A DNA stretch of 64,000 nt from contig NC_058368.1 of NCBI RefSeq assembly GCF_018350175.1, positions 60,886,001-60,950,000 on the forward strand. Direction: 5' to 3'. The notes beneath the pieces were generated by a model, which saw nothing but the letters and a program-made list of their open reading frames with translations, did no database searches and had not been told where the DNA came from. Position 1 is the first letter of the stretch, and every line of letters begins with the position of its first letter. Origin of the DNA: Felis catus. Its lineage: Eukaryota. Positions 61,485-64,000 of the stretch are shown piece by piece. Made by a program: the position numbers and the translations under genes.

Positions 61485-64000
61485 TTTTTTTTTTCAATAT
61501 ATGAAATTTATTGTCAAATTGGTTTCCATACAACACCCAGTGCTCATCCCAAAAGGTGCCCTCAATACCCATCACCCACCCCCCCCCCTTCCACCCCCCA
61601 TTCACCCTCAGTAGGTTCTCAGTTTTTAAGAACCTCTTATGCTTTGGCTCTCTCCCACTGTAACCTCTTTTTTTTTCCTTCCCCTCCCCCATGGGTTTCT
61701 GTTAAGTTTCTCAGGATCCACATAAGAGTGAAAACATATGGTATCTGTCTTTCTCTGTATGGCTTATTTCACTTAGCATCACACTCTCCATTTCCTTCCA
61801 CGTTGCTACAAAGGGCCATATTTCGTTCTTTCTCATTGCCACGTAGTACTCCATTGTGTATATAAACCACAATTTCTTTATCCATTCATCAGTTGATGGA
61901 CATTTAGGCTCTTTCCATAATTTGGCTATTGTTGAGAGTGCTGCTATAAACATTGGGGTACAAGTGCCCCTATGCATCAGTACTCCTGTATCCCTTGGGT
62001 AAATTCCTAGCAGTGCTATTGCTGGGTCATAGGGTATGTCTATTTTTAATTTTTTGAGGAACCTCCACACTGTTTTCCAGAGCGGCTGCACCAATTTGCA
62101 TTCCCACCAACAGTGCAAGAGGGTTCCTGTTTCTCTACATCCTCTCCAGCATCTATAGTATCCTGATTTGTTCATTTTGGCCACTCTGACTGGTGTGAGG
62201 GGATATCTGAGTGTGGTTTTGATTTGTATTTCCCTGATGAGGAGCGATGTTGAGCATCTTTTCATGTGCCTGTTGGCCATCTGGATGTCTTCTTTAGAGA
62301 AGTGTCTATTCATGTTTTCTGCCCATTTCTTCACTGGGTTCTTTGTTTTTCGGGTGTGGAGTTTGGTGAGCTCCTTATAGATTTTGGATACTAGCCCTTT
62401 GTCTGATATGTCATTTGCAAATATCTTTTCCCATTCCGTTGGTTGCCTTTTAGTTTTGTTGGTTGTTTCCTTTGCTGTGCAGAAGCTTTTTATCTTCATA
62501 AGGTCCCAGTAGTTCATTCATTTTTGCTTTTAATTCCCTTGCCTTTAGGGATATGTCAAGTAAGAGATTGCTACGGCTGAGGTCAGAGAGGTCTTTTCCT
62601 GCTTTCTCCTCTAGGGTTTTGATGGTTTCCAGTCTCACATTCAGGTCCTTTATCCATTTTGAGTTTATTTTTGTGAATGGTATGAGAAAGTGATCTAGTT
62701 TCAACCTTCTGCATGTTGCTGTCCAGTTCTCCCAGCACCATTTGTTAAAGAGGCTGTCTTTTTTCCATTGGATGTTCTTTCCTGCTTTGTCAAAGATTAG
62801 TTGGCCATACGTTTGTGGGTCTAGTTCTGGGGTTTCTATTCTATTCCATGGGTCTGTGTGTCTGTTTTTGTGCTAATACCATGCTGTCTTGATGATGACA
62901 GCTTTGTAGTAGAGGCTAAAGTCTGGGATTGTGATGCCTCCTGCTTTGGTCTTCTTCAAAATTGCTTTGGCTACTTGGGGCCTTTTGTGGTTCCATATGA
63001 ATTTTAGGATTGCTTGTTGTAGCTTCAAGAAGAATGCTGGTACAATTTTGACTGGGATTGCATTGAATGTGTAAATAGCTTTGGGTAGTATTGACATTTT
63101 AACAATATTCTTCCAATCCATGAGCAGGGAATGTTTTTACATTTCTTTATATCTTCTTCAATTTCCTTCATAAGCTTTCTATAGTTTTCAGCATACAGAT
63201 CTTTTACATGTTTGATTAGATTTATCCCTAGGTATTTTATGCTTCTTGGTGCAATCGTGAATGGGATCAGTTTCTTTGTCTTTCTGTTGCTTCATTGTTA
63301 GTGTATAAGAATGCAACTGATTTCTGTGCATTGATTTTGTATCCTGCAACTTTGCTGAATTCCTGTATCAGTTCTAGCAGACTTTTAGTGGAGTCTATCG
63401 GATTTTCCATGTATAGTATCATGTCACCTGCAAAAAGTGAAAGCTTGACTTCATCTTTGCCAATTTTGATGCCTTTGGTTTCCTTTTGTTGTCTGATTGC
63501 TGATGCTAGAACTTCCAGCACTATGTTAAACAACAGCAGTGAGAGTGGGCATCCCTGTCGTGTTCCTGATCTCAGGGAAAAAGTGCTCTGTTTTTCCCCA
63601 TTGAGGATGATGTTAGCTGTGGGCTTTTCATAAATGGCTTTTATGATGTTTAAGTAAGTTCCTTCTATCACTACTTTCTGAAGGGTTTTTATTAAGAAAG
63701 GGTGCTGAATTTTGTCAAAGGCCTTTTCTGCATCAATTGACAGGATCATATGGTTCTTTTCTTTTATTAATGTGATGTTTCACATTGATTTGCGAGTGTT
63801 GAACCAGCCCTGCATCCCAGGAATGAATCCCACTTGATCATGGTGAATAATTCTTTTTACATGCTGTTGAATTCGATTTGCTAGTATCTTACCGAGAATT
63901 TTTGCATCCATATTCATCAGGGATATTGGCCTGTAGTTCTCTTTTTTTACTGGGTCTCTGTCTGGTTTAGGAATCAAAGTAATACTGGCTTCATAGAATG
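61485..64000 (-). mobile_element. Young felid-type L1 (L1_Fc-like), 3' 2.5 kb, continuing beyond the window
   Basis: Poly-T tail at 61485; 3' UTR 'caatatatgaaatttattgtcaaattgg'; near-consensus ORF2 sequence. Confidence 0.96.
61711..64000 (-). pseudogene. L1 ORF2 (RT and Cys-rich domain), frameshifted into at least five pieces
   Basis: [56 protein letters not shown] (canonical FADDM), HCWWEC. Stop codon ends at 61711. Confidence 0.93.

Noticed and set aside
61711..62517. 268-aa ORF as a functional gene or active L1
   Set aside because: It is the C-terminal part of L1 ORF2. Upstream ORF2 is frameshifted several times and the RT motif reads FAGD instead of FADD.
1..64000. CRISPR arrays, prokaryotic operons, rRNA, mitochondrial insertions
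   Set aside because: No regularly spaced repeats, dense ORFs or recognisable rRNA/mtDNA sequence; the window is mammalian repeat-rich nuclear DNA.

Overview
AT-rich, repeat-dominated mammalian DNA from a carnivore, most likely a felid: it carries about 22 tRNA-derived Can-SINEs (several SINEC_Fc-like) and a young L1_Fc-like element. I cannot recognise an intact host protein-coding gene. The ORF track is mostly chance frames or repeat-derived. The window reads as a long intron or intergenic segment, with a few candidate + strand exons. The main structure is a 6.1-kb two-LTR class I endogenous retrovirus at 3662-9748 with a 4-bp TSD and a tRNA-Pro-like PBS. It looks like a mosaic: HERV-W/ERV9-like gag, pro and integrase N-half with RT/RNaseH deleted; then a ~580-bp captured 3' end of another retrovirus carrying an alpharetrovirus-like TM motif and its own PPT; then an ERV3/HERV-E-like integrase C-half and env. 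Also present: a near full-length Tigger1, solo LTRs, MaLR elements, many L1 fragments (one with a twin-priming-type 5' inversion), MIR, L2, MER58 and short perfect tandem duplications. All repeat family names come from remembered consensus similarity, not from a search, and boundaries of old elements are approximate.
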